DNA of 64,000 nt from assembly GCF_009914755.1 (NCBI RefSeq), contig NC_060930.1, one strand, 5' to 3'. Position numbers and translations under genes: made by a program. Source of the DNA: the human T2T-CHM13v2.0 reference genome, Homo sapiens. The notes under the pieces were generated by a model. That model was not told where the DNA came from and did not search any database. It worked only from the letters and a program-made list of their open reading frames with translations. This document shows, one piece after another, positions 8,666 through 22,800 of the stretch. How positions within the stretch are numbered: position 1 is the stretch's first letter; each line of letters opens with the position of its first letter.

Positions 8666-11216
8666 TTATAGCGCATTGAGCCTACGGCGGAAAAAGAAAC
8701 ATCTTCCTATAAAAACTAGACAGAATACTTCTCAGAATCTGCTTTGCGATGTGTGCGTTCAACTCACAGAGTAAAACTTTTCTTTTGATAGAGCAGTTTT
8801 GAAACACTCTTTTTGTAGTATTTGCATGTGTATATTTAGAGCGCATTGAAGCCCACAGTAGAAAAGGAAATAACTTCACCTAAAACCTAGACAGAAGCAA
8901 TCTCAGAAACTACTTTGTGATGTGTACATTCAACTCACAGAGTGGAACTTTCCTCTTTATAGAGCAGTGTTGAAACACTCTTTTTGTAGAAACTGCAAGT
9001 GGATATTTGGACCTCTTTGAGGCCTTCGTTGGAAACGGGATTTCTTCCTATAACCCTAGACAGAAGAATTTTCAGAAACCTCATTGTGATGTGTGCGTTC
9101 ATCTCACAGAGTGGAGTCTTCCGTTTGATAGAGAAGTTTTGAAACCCTGTTCTTGTAGGATTTCCAAGTGGATATTTAGACCACTTTGAAGCCTATGATA
9201 GAAAAGGAAACATCTTCATGGAAAACATAGATAGAATCATCCTCACAAACAACTTTGTGATGTGTGCGTTGAACTCACCGTCTTTAACCTTTCTTTTGGT
9301 AGAGAAGTTTTGAAACACTCTCTTTGTAAAGTCTACAAGTGGATATTTTGAGCCCTTGGAGGCATTCTTTGGAAAAGGGAATGTCTTCACATAAAAGGCA
9401 GACGGAAGTGTTCTCAGAAACTGCTTTGTGATGTCTGTGTTCAACTCACAGAGTTTAACATTTCCTTTGATAGAGCGGTTTAGTAACCCTCTCTTTGTAG
9501 AATTTGGAAGTGTATACTAAGAGCGCTTTGAGGCCTATGGTAGAAAAGGAAATATCTTTCCATAAAAGCTAGACAGAAGCAATCTCAGAAACTCCTCTGT
9601 GATGTCTGCATTCAACTCACCGAGTGGAACATTCCTCTTGAGAGAGCAGTTTGGAAACACTCTTTCTGTAGAATCAGCTTGTTTGTATTTGGACCTCCTT
9701 GAGGCCTTCGTTGGAAACGGGTTTTCATCTTATAAACCCAGACAGAAGAATTCTCAGAGTCTTCTTTGTGATGTGTGCTTTCAACTCACCGAGATAAAGA
9801 TTTCTCTTGATAGAGCAATTTGGAAACACTCTTTTTGTAGAATTTGCAAGGGTACATTGAGAGCGCTTTCAGGCCTATGGTAGAAAAGGGAATATCTTTC
9901 CATAAAAGGTAGACAGAAGCAATCTCAGAAACTACTTTGTGATGTGTGCATTCAACTCACCGAGTGCAACGTTCCTCTTGACCGAGCAGTTTGGAAACAT
10001 TGTTTCTGTAGAATCTGCAAGTGGATATTTGGACCTCTTTGAGGCCTTCGTTGGAAACGGGATTTCTTCCTATAAACCCAGACAGAAGAATTCTCAGAGA
10101 CTTCTTTGTGATGTGTGAATTCAACTCACAGTGTGGATCCTTCCTTTTGATAGAGCAGTTTTGAAACCCTGTTTTTGTAGTATTTCCAAGCGGATATTTG
10201 GAACGCCTTGAAGCGTATGGTAGAAAAGGAAATATCTTCCCATAAAACCTAGACAGAACCAATCTCAGAAACGACTTTGTGATGTCTGCATTCAAGTCAC
10301 AGAGTTGAACATTTCTCTTGATAGAGCAGTTTTGAAACCCTCTTTCTGAAGGATCTGCAAGTGGATATTTGGAACTCCTTTGGGTCTTCGTTGGAAACGG
10401 GATTTCTTCGTATAAATCTAGACAGAAGAATTCTCAGAAACTTCCTTGTGATGTGTGCATTCAACTCAGCGAGTGGCACCTTCCTTTGGATACAGCAGTT
10501 TTGAAACACTGTTTTTGTAGTATTTCCAAGCGGATATTTAGAGCGCCTTGAAGCCTATGCTAGAAATGGAAATATCTCCCCATAAAACCAAGACGGAAGC
10601 AATCTCAGAAACTAATGTGTGATGGCTGCATTCCACACACACGGTGGACCATTTCTCTTGATAGAGCAGTTTTGAAACACTCTTTCTGTAGAATCTGCAA
10701 GTGGATAATTGGACCTCCTAGAGGCCTTCGTTGGAAACGGGATTTCTTCATCTAAACCTACAGAGAAGTATTCTCAGTAACTTCTTCGGATGTGTGCATT
10801 CGACGCACAGAATGGAACATTCCCTTTGATAGAGCAGTTTTGAGACACCGTTTTTGTAGAATTCCCAAGTGGATATTTAGAGCACTTTGAAGTCTCTGCT
10901 AGAAAAGGAAACATCTTCATGTAAAAAGTAGATAGAATCGTTCTCAGAAAGTGCTTAGTGTCGTGTGCGTTCAACTCACAGAGTTTAACGTTTCTTTTGA
11001 TAGAGCGTTTCTGAAACACCCTTCTTGTAGTAGCTGCAAGTGGATATTTGGACCTATTGGAGGCCTTCTTTGGAAATGGGATTTCTTCATGTAACTCTAG
11101 ATTGAAGAATTCTCAGAAACTCCTTTGTGATGTGTGCATTCAATTCAAAGAGTGAAACCTCTCTTTTCACAGAGCAGTTTTGAAACACTGTTTTTGTAGG
11201 ATTTCCAAGGGGATAT
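8666..11216 (+). repeat. HOR unit U4, 15-mer
   Basis: Marker spacing 8682 to 11233 = 2,551 bp. Confidence 0.95.
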
Positions 11217-14200
11217 TTATAGCGCATTGAGCCTACGGCGGAAAAAGAAACATCTTCCTATAAAAACTAGACAGAATACTTCTCAGAATCTGCTTTGCGA
11301 TGTGTGCGTTCAACTCACAGAGTAAAACTTTTCTTTTGATAGAGCAGTTTTGAAACACTCTTTTTGTAGTATTTGCATGTGTATATTTAGAGCGCATTGA
11401 AGCCCACAGTAGAAAAGGAAATAACTTCACCTAAAACCTAGACAGAAGCAATCTCAGAAACTACTTTGTGATGTGTACATTCAACTCACAGAGTGGAACT
11501 TTCCTCTTTATAGAGCAGTGTTGAAACACTCTTTTTGTAGAAACTGCAAGTGGATATTTGGACCTCTTTGAGGCCTTCGTTGGAAACGGGATTTCTTCCT
11601 ATAACCCTAGACAGAAGAATTTTCAGAAACCTCATTGTGATGTGTGCGTTCATCTCACAGAGTGGAGTCTTCCGTTTGATAGAGAAGTTTTGAAACCCTG
11701 TTCTTGTAGGATTTCCAAGTGGATATTTAGACCACTTTGAAGCCTATGATAGAAAAGGAAACATCTTCATGGAAAACATAGATAGAATCATCCTCAGAAA
11801 CAACTTTGTGATGTGTGCGTTGAACTCACCGTCTTTAACCTTTCTTTTGGTAGAGAAGTTTTGAAACACTCTCTTTGTAAAGTCTACAAGTGGATATTTT
11901 GAGCCCTTGGAGGCATTCTTTGGAAAAGGGAATGTCTTCACATAAAAGGCAGACGGAAGTGTTCTCAGAAACTGCTTTGTGATGTCTGTGTTCAACTCAC
12001 AGAGTTTAACATTTCCTTTGATAGAGCGGTTTAGTAACCCTCTCTTTGTAGAATTTGGAAGTGTATACTAAGAGCGCTTTGAGGCCTATGGTAGAAAAGG
12101 AAATATCTTTCCATAAAAGCTAGACAGAAGCAATCTCAGAAACTCCTCTGTGATGTCTGCATTCAACTCACCGAGTGGAACATTCCTCTTGAGAGAGCAG
12201 TTTGGAAACACTCTTTCTGTAGAATCAGCTTGTTTGTATTTGGACCTCCTTGAGGCCTTCGTTGGAAACGGGTTTTCATCTTATAAACCCAGACAGAAGA
12301 ATTCTCAGAGTCTTCTTTGTGATGTGTGCTTTCAACTCACCGAGATAAAGATTTCTCTTGATAGAGCAATTTGGAAACACTCTTTTTGTAGAATTTGCAA
12401 GGGTACATTGAGAGCGCTTTCAGGCCTATGGTAGAAAAGGGAATATCTTTCCATAAAAGGTAGACAGAAGCAATCTCAGAAACTACTTTGTGATGTGTGC
12501 ATTCAACTCACCGAGTGCAACGTTCCTCTTGACCGAGCAGTTTGGAAACATTGTTTCTGTAGAATCTGCAAGTGGATATTTGGACCTCTTTGAGGCCTTC
12601 GTTGGAAACGGGATTTCTTCCTATAAACCCAGACAGAAGAATTCTCAGAGACTTCTTTGTGATGTGTGAATTCAACTCACAGTGTGGATCCTTCCTTTTG
12701 ATAGAGCAGTTTTGAAACCCTGTTTTTGTAGTATTTCCAAGCGGATATTTGGAACGCCTTGAAGCGTATGGTAGAAAAGGAAATATCTTCCCATAAAACC
12801 TAGACAGAACCAATCTCAGAAACGACTTTGTGATGTCTGCATTCAACTCACAGAGTTGAACATTTCTCTTGATAGAGCAGTTTTGAAACCCTCTTTCTGA
12901 AGGATCTGCAAGTGGATATTTGGAACTCCTTTGGGTCTTCGTTGGAAACGGGATTTCTTCGTATAAATCTAGACAGAAGAATTCTCCGAAACTTCTTTGG
13001 TTGTGTGCATTCAAGTCACAGAGTGGAACCTTCCTTTGGATAGAGCAGTTTGAAACGCCGTGGTTGTAGTATTTCCAAGCGGATATTAGAGCGCCTTGAG
13101 GCCTATGGTAGAAAAGGAAATATCTTCCCATAAAACCTAGACGGAAGCAATCTCAGAAACTACTGTGTGATGGCTGCATTCCACACACACGGTGGAACAT
13201 TTCTCTTGATAGAGCAGTTTTGAAACACTCTTTCTGTAGAATCTGCAAGTGGATAATTGGACCGCCTTGAGGCCTTCGTTGGAAACGGGATTTCTTCATG
13301 TTACTCTAGATAGAAGAATTCTCAAACACTGCTATGTGATGTTTGCATTCAAGTCACAGAGTGCAACATTCCTCTTGGTAGAGCAGTTGGGAAACACTCC
13401 TTTTGTAGAATCTGCAATGGGATATTTGGACTTCTTTGAGGCCTTCGTTGGAAACGGGATTTCTTCGTATGAATCTAGACAGAAGAATTCTCAGAAACTT
13501 CCTTGTGATGTGTGCATTCAACTCAGCGAGTGGCACCTTCCTTTGGATACAGCAGTTTTGAAACACTGTTTTTGTAGTATTTCCAAGCGGATATTTAGAG
13601 CGCCTTGAAGCCTATGCTAGAAATGGAAATATCTCCCCATAAAACCAAGACAGAAGCAATCTCAGAAACTAATGTGTGATGGCTGCATTCCACACACACG
13701 GTGGACCATTTCTCTTGATAGAGCAGTTTTGAAACACTCTTTCTGTAGAATCTGCAAGTGGATAATTGGACCTCCTAGAGGCCTTCGTTGGAAACGGGAT
13801 TTCTTCATCTAAACCTACAGAGAAGAATTCTCAGTAACTTCTTCGGATGTGTGCATTCGACGCACAGAATGGAACATTCCCTTTGATAGAGCAGTTTTGA
13901 GACACCGTTTTTGTAGAATTCCCAAGTGGATATTTAGAGCACTTTGAAGTCTCTGCTAGAAAAGGAAACATCTTCATGTAAAAAGTAGATAGAATCGTTC
14001 TCAGAAAGTGCTTAGTGACGTGTGCGTTCAACTCACAGAGTTTAACGTTTCTTTTGATAGAGCGTTTCTGAAACACCCTTCTTGTAGTAGCTGCAAGTGG
14101 ATATTTGGACCTATTGGAGGCCTTCTTTGGAAATGGGATTTCTTCATGTAACTCTAGATTGAAGAGTTCTCAGAAACTCCTTTGTGATGTGTGCATTCAA

Positions 14201-17200
14201 TTCAAAGAGTGAAACCTCCCTTTTCACAGAGCAGTTTTGAAACACTGTTTTTGTAGGATTTCCAAGGGGATATTTATAGCGCATTGAGCCTACGGCGGAA
14301 AAAGAAACATCTTCCTATAAAAACTAGACAGAATACTTCTCAGAATCTGCTTTGCGATGTGTGCGTTCAACTCACAGAGTAAAACTTTTCTTTTGATAGA
14401 GCAGTTTTGAAACACTCTTTTTGTAGTATTTGCATGTGTATATTTAGAGCGCATTGAAGCCCACAGTAGAAAAGGAAGTAACTTCACCTAAAACCTAGAC
14501 AGAAGCAATCACAGAAACTACTTTGTGATGTGTACATTCAACTCACAGAGTGGAACTTTCCTCTTTATAGAGCAGTGTTGAAACACTCTTTTTGTAGAAA
14601 CTGCAAGTGGATATTTGGACCTCTTTGAGGCCTTCGTTGGAAACGGGATTTCTTCCTATAACCCTAGACAGAAGAATTTTCAGAAACCTCATTGTGATGT
14701 GTGCGTTCATCTCACAGAGTGGAGTCTTCCGTTTGATAGAGAAGTTTTGAAACCCTGTTCTTGTAGGATTTCCAAGTGGATATTTAGACCACTTTGAAGC
14801 CTATGATAGAAAAGGAAACATCTTCATGGAAAACATAGATAGAATCATCCTCAGAAACAACTTTGTGATGTGTGCGTTGAACTCACCGTCTTTAACCTTT
14901 CTTTTGGTAGAGAAGTTTTGAAACACTCTCTTTGTAAAGTCTACAAGTGGATATTTTGAGCCCTTGGAGGCATTCTTTGGAAAAGGGAATGTCTTCACAT
15001 AAAAGGCAGACGGAAGTGTTCTCAGAAACTGCTTTGTGATGTCTGTGTTCAACTCACAGAGTTTAACATTTCCTTTGATAGAGCGGTTTAGTAACCCTCT
15101 CTTTGTAGAATTTGGAAGTGTATACTAAGAGCGCTTTGAGGCCTATGGTAGAAAAGGAAATATCTTTCCATAAAAGCTAGACAGAAGCAATCTCAGAAAC
15201 TCCTCTGTGATGTCTGCATTCAACTCACCGAGTGGAACATTCCTCTTGAGAGAGCAGTTTGGAAACACTCTTTCTGTAGAATCAGCTTGTTTGTATTTGG
15301 ACCTCCTTGAGGCCTTCGTTGGAAACGGGTTTTCATCTTATAAACCCAGACAGAAGAATTCTCAGAGTCTTCTTTGTGATGTGTGCTTTCAACTCACCGA
15401 GATAAAGATTTCTCTTGATAGAGCAATTTGGAAACACTCTTTTTGTAGAATTTGCAAGGGTACATTGAGAGCGCTTTCAGGCCTATGGTAGAAAAGGGAA
15501 TATCTTTCCATAAAAGGTAGACAGAAGCAATCTCAGAAACTACTTTGTGATGTGTGCATTCAACTCACCGAGTGCAACGTTCCTCTTGACCGAGCAGTTT
15601 GGAAACATTGTTTCTGTAGAATCTGCAAGTGGATATTTGGACCTCTTTGAGGCCTTCGTTGGAAACGGGATTTCTTCCTATAAACCCAGACAGAAGAATT
15701 CTCAGAGACTTCTTTGTGATGTGTGAATTCAACTCACAGTGTGGATCCTTCCTTTTGATAGAGCAGTTTTGAAACCCTGTTTTTGTAGTATTTCCAAGCG
15801 GATATTTGGAACGCCTTGAAGCGTATGGTAGAAAAGGAAATATCTTCCCATAAAACCTAGACAGAACCAATCTCAGAAACGACTTTGTGATGTCTGCATT
15901 CAAGTCACAGAGTTGAACATTTCTCTTGATAGAGCAGTTTTGAAACCCTCTTTCTGAAGGATCTGCAAGTGGATATTTGGAACTCCTTTGGGTCTTCGTT
16001 GGAAACGGGATTTCTTCGTATAAATCTAGACAGAAGAATTCTCCGAAACTTCTTTGGTTGTGTGCATTCAAGTCACAGAGTGGAACCTTCCTTTGGATAG
16101 AGCAGTTTGAAACGCCGTGGTTGTAGTATTTCCAAGCGGATATTAGAGCGCCTTGAGGCCTATGGTAGAAAAGGAAATATCTTCCCATAAAACCTAGACG
16201 GAAGCAATCTCAGAAACTACTGTGTGATGGCTGCATTCCACACACACGGTGGAACATTTCTCTTGATAGAGCAGTTTTGAAACACTCTTTCTGTAGAATC
16301 TGCAAGTGGATAATTGGACCGCCTTGAGGCCTTCGTTGGAAACGGGATTTCTTCATGTTACTCTAGATAGAAGAATTCTCAAACACTGCTATGTGATGTT
16401 TGCATTCAAGTCACAGAGTGCAACATTCCTCTTGGTAGAGCAGTTGGGAAACACTCCTTTTGTAGAATCTGCAATGGGATATTTGGACTTCTTTGAGGCC
16501 TTCGTTGGAAACGGGATTTCTTCGTATGAATCTAGACAGAAGAATTCTCAGAAACTTCCTTGTGATGTGTGCATTCAACTCAGCGAGTGGCACCTTCCTT
16601 TGGATACAGCAGTTTTGAAACACTGTTTTTGTAGTATTTCCAAGCGGATATTTAGAGCGCCTTGAAGCCTATGCTAGAAATGGAAATATCTCCCCATAAA
16701 ACCAAGACAGAAGCAATCTCAGAAACTAATGTGTGATGGCTGCATTCCACACACACGGTGGACCATTTCTCTTGATAGAGCAGTTTTGAAACACTCTTTA
16801 TGTAGAATCTGCAAGTGGATAATTGGACCTCCTAGAGGCCTTCGTTGGAAACGGGATTTCTTCATCTAAACCTACAGAGAAGAATTCTCAGTAACTTCTT
16901 CGGATGTGTGCATTCGACGCACAGAATGGAACATTCCCTTTGATAGAGCAGTTTTGAGACACCGTTTTTGTAGAATTCCCAAGTGGATATTTAGAGCACT
17001 TTGAAGTCTCTGCTAGAAAAGGAAACATCTTCATGTAAAAAGTAGATAGAATCGTTCTCAGAAAGTGCTTAGTGACGTGTGCGTTCAACTCACAGAGTTT
17101 AACGTTTCTTTTGATAGAGCGTTTCTGAAACACCCTTCTTGTAGTAGCTGCAAGTGGATATTTGGACCTATTGGAGGCCTTCTTTGGAAATGGGATTTCT

Positions 17201-17330
17201 TCATGTAACTCTAGATTGAAGAGTTCTCAGAAACTCCTTTGTGATGTGTGCATTCAATTCAAAGAGTGAAACCTCCCTTTTCACAGAGCAGTTTTGAAAC
17301 ACTGTTTTTGTAGGATTTCCAAGGGGATAT
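11217..17330 (+). repeat. HOR units U5-U6, two 18-mers (start 11217, 14274)
   Basis: Marker ORF at 11233, 14290, 17347 (3,057-bp spacing). Confidence 0.95.
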
Positions 17331-19881
17331 TTATAGCGCATTGAGCCTATGGCGGAAAAAGAAACATCTTCCTATAAAAACTAGACAGAATACTTCTCAG
17401 AATCTGCTTTGCGATGTGTGCGTTCAACTCACAGAGTAAAACTTTTCTTTTGATAGAGCAGTTTTGAAACACTCTTTTTGTAGTATTTGCATGTGTATAT
17501 TTAGAGCGCATTGAAGCCCACAGTAGAAAAGGAAATAACTTCACCTAAAACCTAGACAGAAGCAATCTCAGAAACTACTTTGTGATGTGTACATTCAACT
17601 CACAGAGTGGAACTTTCCTCTTTATAGAGCAGTGTTGAAACACTCTTTTTGTAGAAACTGCAAGTGGATATTTGGACCTCTTTGAGGCCTTCGTTGGAAA
17701 CGGGATTTCTTCCTATAACCCTAGACAGAAGAATTTTCAGAAACCTCATTGTGATGTGTGCGTTCATCTCACAGAGTGGAGTCTTCCGTTTGATAGAGAA
17801 GTTTTGAAACCCTGTTCTTGTAGGATTTCCAAGTGGATATTTAGACCACTTTGAAGCCTATGATAGAAAAGGAAACATCTTCATGGAAAACATAGATAGA
17901 ATCATCCTCAGAAACAACTTTGTGATGTGTGCGTTGAACTCACCGTCTTTAACCTTTCTTTTGGTAGAGAAGTTTTGAAACACTCTCTTTGTAAAGTCTA
18001 CAAGTGGATATTTTGAGCCCTTGGAGGCATTCTTTGGAAAAGGGAATGTCTTCACATAAAAGGCAGACGGAAGTGTTCTCAGAAACTGCTTTGTGATGTC
18101 TGTGTTCAACTCACAGAGTTTAACATTTCCTTTGATAGAGCGGTTTAGTAACCCTCTCTTTGTAGAATTTGGAAGTGTATACTAAGAGCGCTTTGAGGCC
18201 TATGGTAGAAAAGGAAATATCTTTCCATAAAAGCTAGACAGAAGCAATCTCAGAAACTCCTCTGTGATGTCTGCATTCAACTCACCGAGTGGAACATTCC
18301 TCTTGAGAGAGCAGTTTGGAAACACTCTTTCTGTAGAATCAGCTTGTTTGTATTTGGACCTCCTTGAGGCCTTCGTTGGAAACGGGTTTTCATCTTATAA
18401 ACCCAGACAGAAGAATTCTCAGAGTCTTCTTTGTGATGTGTGCTTTCAACTCACCGAGATAAAGATTTCTCTTGATAGAGCAATTTGGAAACACTCTTTT
18501 TGTAGAATTTGCAAGGGTACATTGAGAGCGCTTTCAGGCCTATGGTAGAAAAGGGAATATCTTTCCATAAAAGGTAGACAGAAGCAATCTCAGAAACTAC
18601 TTTGTGATGTGTGCATTCAACTCACCGAGTGCAACGTTCCTCTTGACCGAGCAGTTTGGAAACATTGTTTCTGTAGAATCTGCAAGTGGATATTTGGACC
18701 TCTTTGAGGCCTTCGTTGGAAACGGGATTTCTTCCTATAAACCCAGACAGAAGAATTCTCAGAGACTTCTTTGTGATGTGTGAATTCAACTCACAGTGTG
18801 GATCCTTCCTTTTGATAGAGCAGTTTTGAAACCCTGTTTTTGTAGTATTTCCAAGCGGATATTTGGAACGCCTTGAAGCGTATGGTAGAAAAGGAAATAT
18901 CTTCCCATAAAACCTAGACAGAACCAATCTCAGAAACGACTTTGTGATGTCTGCATTCAAGTCACAGAGTTGAACATTTCTCTTGATAGAGCAGTTTTGA
19001 AACCCTCTTTCTGAAGGATCTGCAAGTGGATATTTGGAACTCCTTTGGGTCTTCGTTGGAAACGGGATTTCTTCGTATAAATCTAGACAGAAGAATTCTC
19101 AGAAACTTCCTTGTGATGTGTGCATTCAACTCAGCGAGTGGCACCTTCCTTTGGATACAGCAGTTTTGAAACACTGTTTTTGTAGTATTTCCAAGCGGAT
19201 ATTTAGAGCGCCTTGAAGCCTATGCTAGAAATGGAAATATCTCCCCATAAAACCAAGACGGAAGCAATCTCAGAAACTAATGTGTGATGGCTGCATTCCA
19301 CACACACGGTGGACCATTTCTCTTGATAGAGCAGTTTTGAAACACTCTTTCTGTAGAATCTGCAAGTGGATAATTGGACCTCCTAGAGGCCTTCGTTGGA
19401 AACGGGATTTCTTCATCTAAACCTACAGAGAAGAATTCTCAGTAACTTCTTCGGATGTGTGCATTCGACGCACAGAATGGAACATTCCCTTTGATAGAGC
19501 AGTTTTGAGACACCGTTTTTGTAGAATTCCCAAGTGGATATTTAGAGCACTTTGAAGTCTCTGCTAGAAAAGGAAACATCTTCATGTAAAAAGTAGATAG
19601 AATCGTTCTCAGAAAGTGCTTAGTGTCGTGTGCGTTCAACTCACAGAGTTTAACGTTTCTTTTGATAGAGCGTTTCTGAAACACCCTTCTTGTAGTAGCT
19701 GCAAGTGGATATTTGGACCTATTGGAGGCCTTCTTTGGAAATGGGATTTCTTCATGTAACTCTAGATTGAAGAATTCTCAGAAACTCCTTTGTGATGTGT
19801 GCATTCAATTCAAAGAGTGAAACCTCTCTTTTCACAGAGCAGTTTTGAAACACTGTTTTTGTAGGATTTCCAAGGGGATAT
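17331..19881 (+). repeat. HOR unit U7, 15-mer
   Basis: Marker spacing 17347 to 19898 = 2,551 bp. Confidence 0.95.
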
Positions 19882-22800
19882 TTATAGCGCATTGAGCCTA
19901 CGGCGGAAAAAGAAACATCTTCCTATAAAAACTAGACAGAATACTTCTCAGAATCTGCTTTGCGATGTGTGCGTTCAACTCACAGAGTAAAACTTTTCTT
20001 TTGATAGAGCAGTTTTGAAACACTCTTTTTGTAGTATTTGCATGTGTATATTTAGAGCGCATTGAAGCCCACAGTAGAAAAGGAAATAACTTCACCTAAA
20101 ACCTAGACAGAAGCAATCTCAGAAACTACTTTGTGATGTGTACATTCAACTCACAGAGTGGAACTTTCCTCTTTATAGAGCAGTGTTGAAACACTCTTTT
20201 TGTAGAAACTGCAAGTGGATATTTGGACCTCTTTGAGGCCTTCGTTGGAAACGGGATTTCTTCCTATAACCCTAGACAGAAGAATTTTCAGAAACCTCAT
20301 TGTGATGTGTGCGTTCATCTCACAGAGTGGAGTCTTCCGTTTGATAGAGAAGTTTTGAAACCCTGTTCTTGTAGGATTTCCAAGTGGATATTTAGACCAC
20401 TTTGAAGCCTATGATAGAAAAGGAAACATCTTCATGGAAAACATAGATAGAATCATCCTCAGAAACAACTTTGTGATGTGTGCGTTGAACTCACCGTCTT
20501 TAACCTTTCTTTTGGTAGAGAAGTTTTGAAACACTCTCTTTGTAAAGTCTACAAGTGGATATTTTGAGCCCTTGGAGGCATTCTTTGGAAAAGGGAATGT
20601 CTTCACATAAAAGGCAGACGGAAGTGTTCTCAGAAACTGCTTTGTGATGTCTGTGTTCAACTCACAGAGTTTAACATTTCCTTTGATAGAGCGGTTTAGT
20701 AACCCTCTCTTTGTAGAATTTGGAAGTGTATACTAAGAGCGCTTTGAGGCCTATGGTAGAAAAGGAAATATCTTTCCATAAAAGCTAGACAGAAGCAATC
20801 TCAGAAACTCCTCTGTGATGTCTGCATTCAACTCACCGAGTGGAACATTCCTCTTGATAGAGCAGTTTGGAAACACTCTTTCTGTAGAATCAGCTTGTTT
20901 GTATTTGGACCTCCTTGAGGCCTTCGTTGGAAACGGGTTTTCATCTTATAAACCCAGACAGAAGAATTCTCAGAGTCTTCTTTGTGATGTGTGCTTTCAA
21001 CTCACCGAGATAAAGATTTCTCTTGATAGAGCAATTTGGAAACACTCTTTTTGTAGAATTTGCAAGGGTACATTGAGAGCGCTTTCAGGCCTATGGTAGA
21101 AAAGGGAATATCTTTCCATAAAAGGTAGACAGAAGCAATCTCAGAAACTACTTTGTGATGTGTGCATTCAACTCACCGAGTGCAACGTTCCTCTTGACCG
21201 AGCAGTTTGGAAACATTGTTTCTGTAGAATCTGCAAGTGGATATTTGGACCTCTTTGAGGCCTTCGTTGGAAACGGGATTTCTTCCTATAAACCCAGACA
21301 GAAGAATTCTCAGAGACTTCTTTGTGATGTGTGAATTCAACTCACAGTGTGGATCCTTCCTTTTGATAGAGCAGTTTTGAAACCCTGTTTTTGTAGTATT
21401 TCCAAGCGGATATTCGGAACGCCTTGAAGCGTATGGTAGAAAAGGAAATATCTTCCCATAAAACCTAGACAGAACCAATCTCAGAAACGACTTTGTGATG
21501 TCTGCATTCAAGTCACAGAGTTGAACATTTCTCTTGATAGAGCAGTTTTGAAACCCTCTTTCTGAAGGATCTGCAAGTGGATATTTGGAACTCCTTTGGG
21601 TCTTCGTTGGAAACGGGATTTCTTCGTATAAATCTAGACAGAAGAATTCTCAGAAACTTCTTTGGTTGTGTGCATTCAAGTCACAGAGTGGAACCTTCCT
21701 TTGGATAGAGCAGTTTGAAACGCCGTGGTTGTAGTATTTCCAAGCGGATATTAGAGCGCCTTGAGGCCTATGGTAGAAAAGGAAATATCTTCCCATAAAA
21801 CCTAGACGGAAGCAATCTCAGAAACTACTGTGTGATGGCTGCATTCCACACACACGGTGGAACATTTCTCTTGATAGAGCAGTTTTGAAACACTCTTTCT
21901 GTAGAATCTGCAAGTGGATAATTGGACCGCCTTGAGGCCTTCGTTGGAAACGGGATTTCTTCATGTTACTCTAGATAGAAGAATTCTCAAACACTGCTAT
22001 GTGATGTTTGCATTCAAGTCACAGAGTGCAACATTCCTCTTGGTAGAGCAGTTGGGAAACACTCCTTTTGTAGAATCTGCAATGGGATATTTGGACTTCT
22101 TTGAGGCCTTCGTTGGAAACGGGATTTCTTCGTATGAATCTAGACAGAAGAATTCTCAGAAACTTCCTTGTGATGTGTGCATTCAACTCAGCGAGTGGCA
22201 CCTTCCTTTGGATACAGCAGTTTTGAAACACTGTTTTTGTAGTATTTCCAAGCGGATATTTAGAGCGCCTTGAAGCCTATGCTAGAAATGGAAATATCTC
22301 CCCATAAAACCAAGACAGAAGCAATCTCAGAAACTAATGTGTGATGGCTGCATTCCACACACACGGTGGACCATTTCTCTTGATAGAGCAGTTTTGAAAC
22401 ACTCTTTATGTAGAATCTGCAAGTGGATAATTGGACCTCCTAGAGGCCTTCGTTGGAAACGGGATTTCTTCATCTAAACCTACAGAGAAGAATTCTCAGT
22501 AACTTCTTCGGATGTGTGCATTCGACGCACAGAATGGAACATTCCCTTTGATAGAGCAGTTTTGAGACACCGTTTTTGTAGAATTCCCAAGTGGATATTT
22601 AGAGCACTTTGAAGTCTCTGCTAGAAAAGGAAACATCTTCATGTAAAAAGTAGATAGAATCGTTCTCAGAAAGTGCTTAGTGACGTGTGCGTTCAACTCA
22701 CAGAGTTTAACGTTTCTTTTGATAGAGCGTTTCTGAAACACCCTTCTTGTAGTAGCTGCAAGTGGATATTTGGACCTATTGGAGGCCTTCTTTGGAAACG

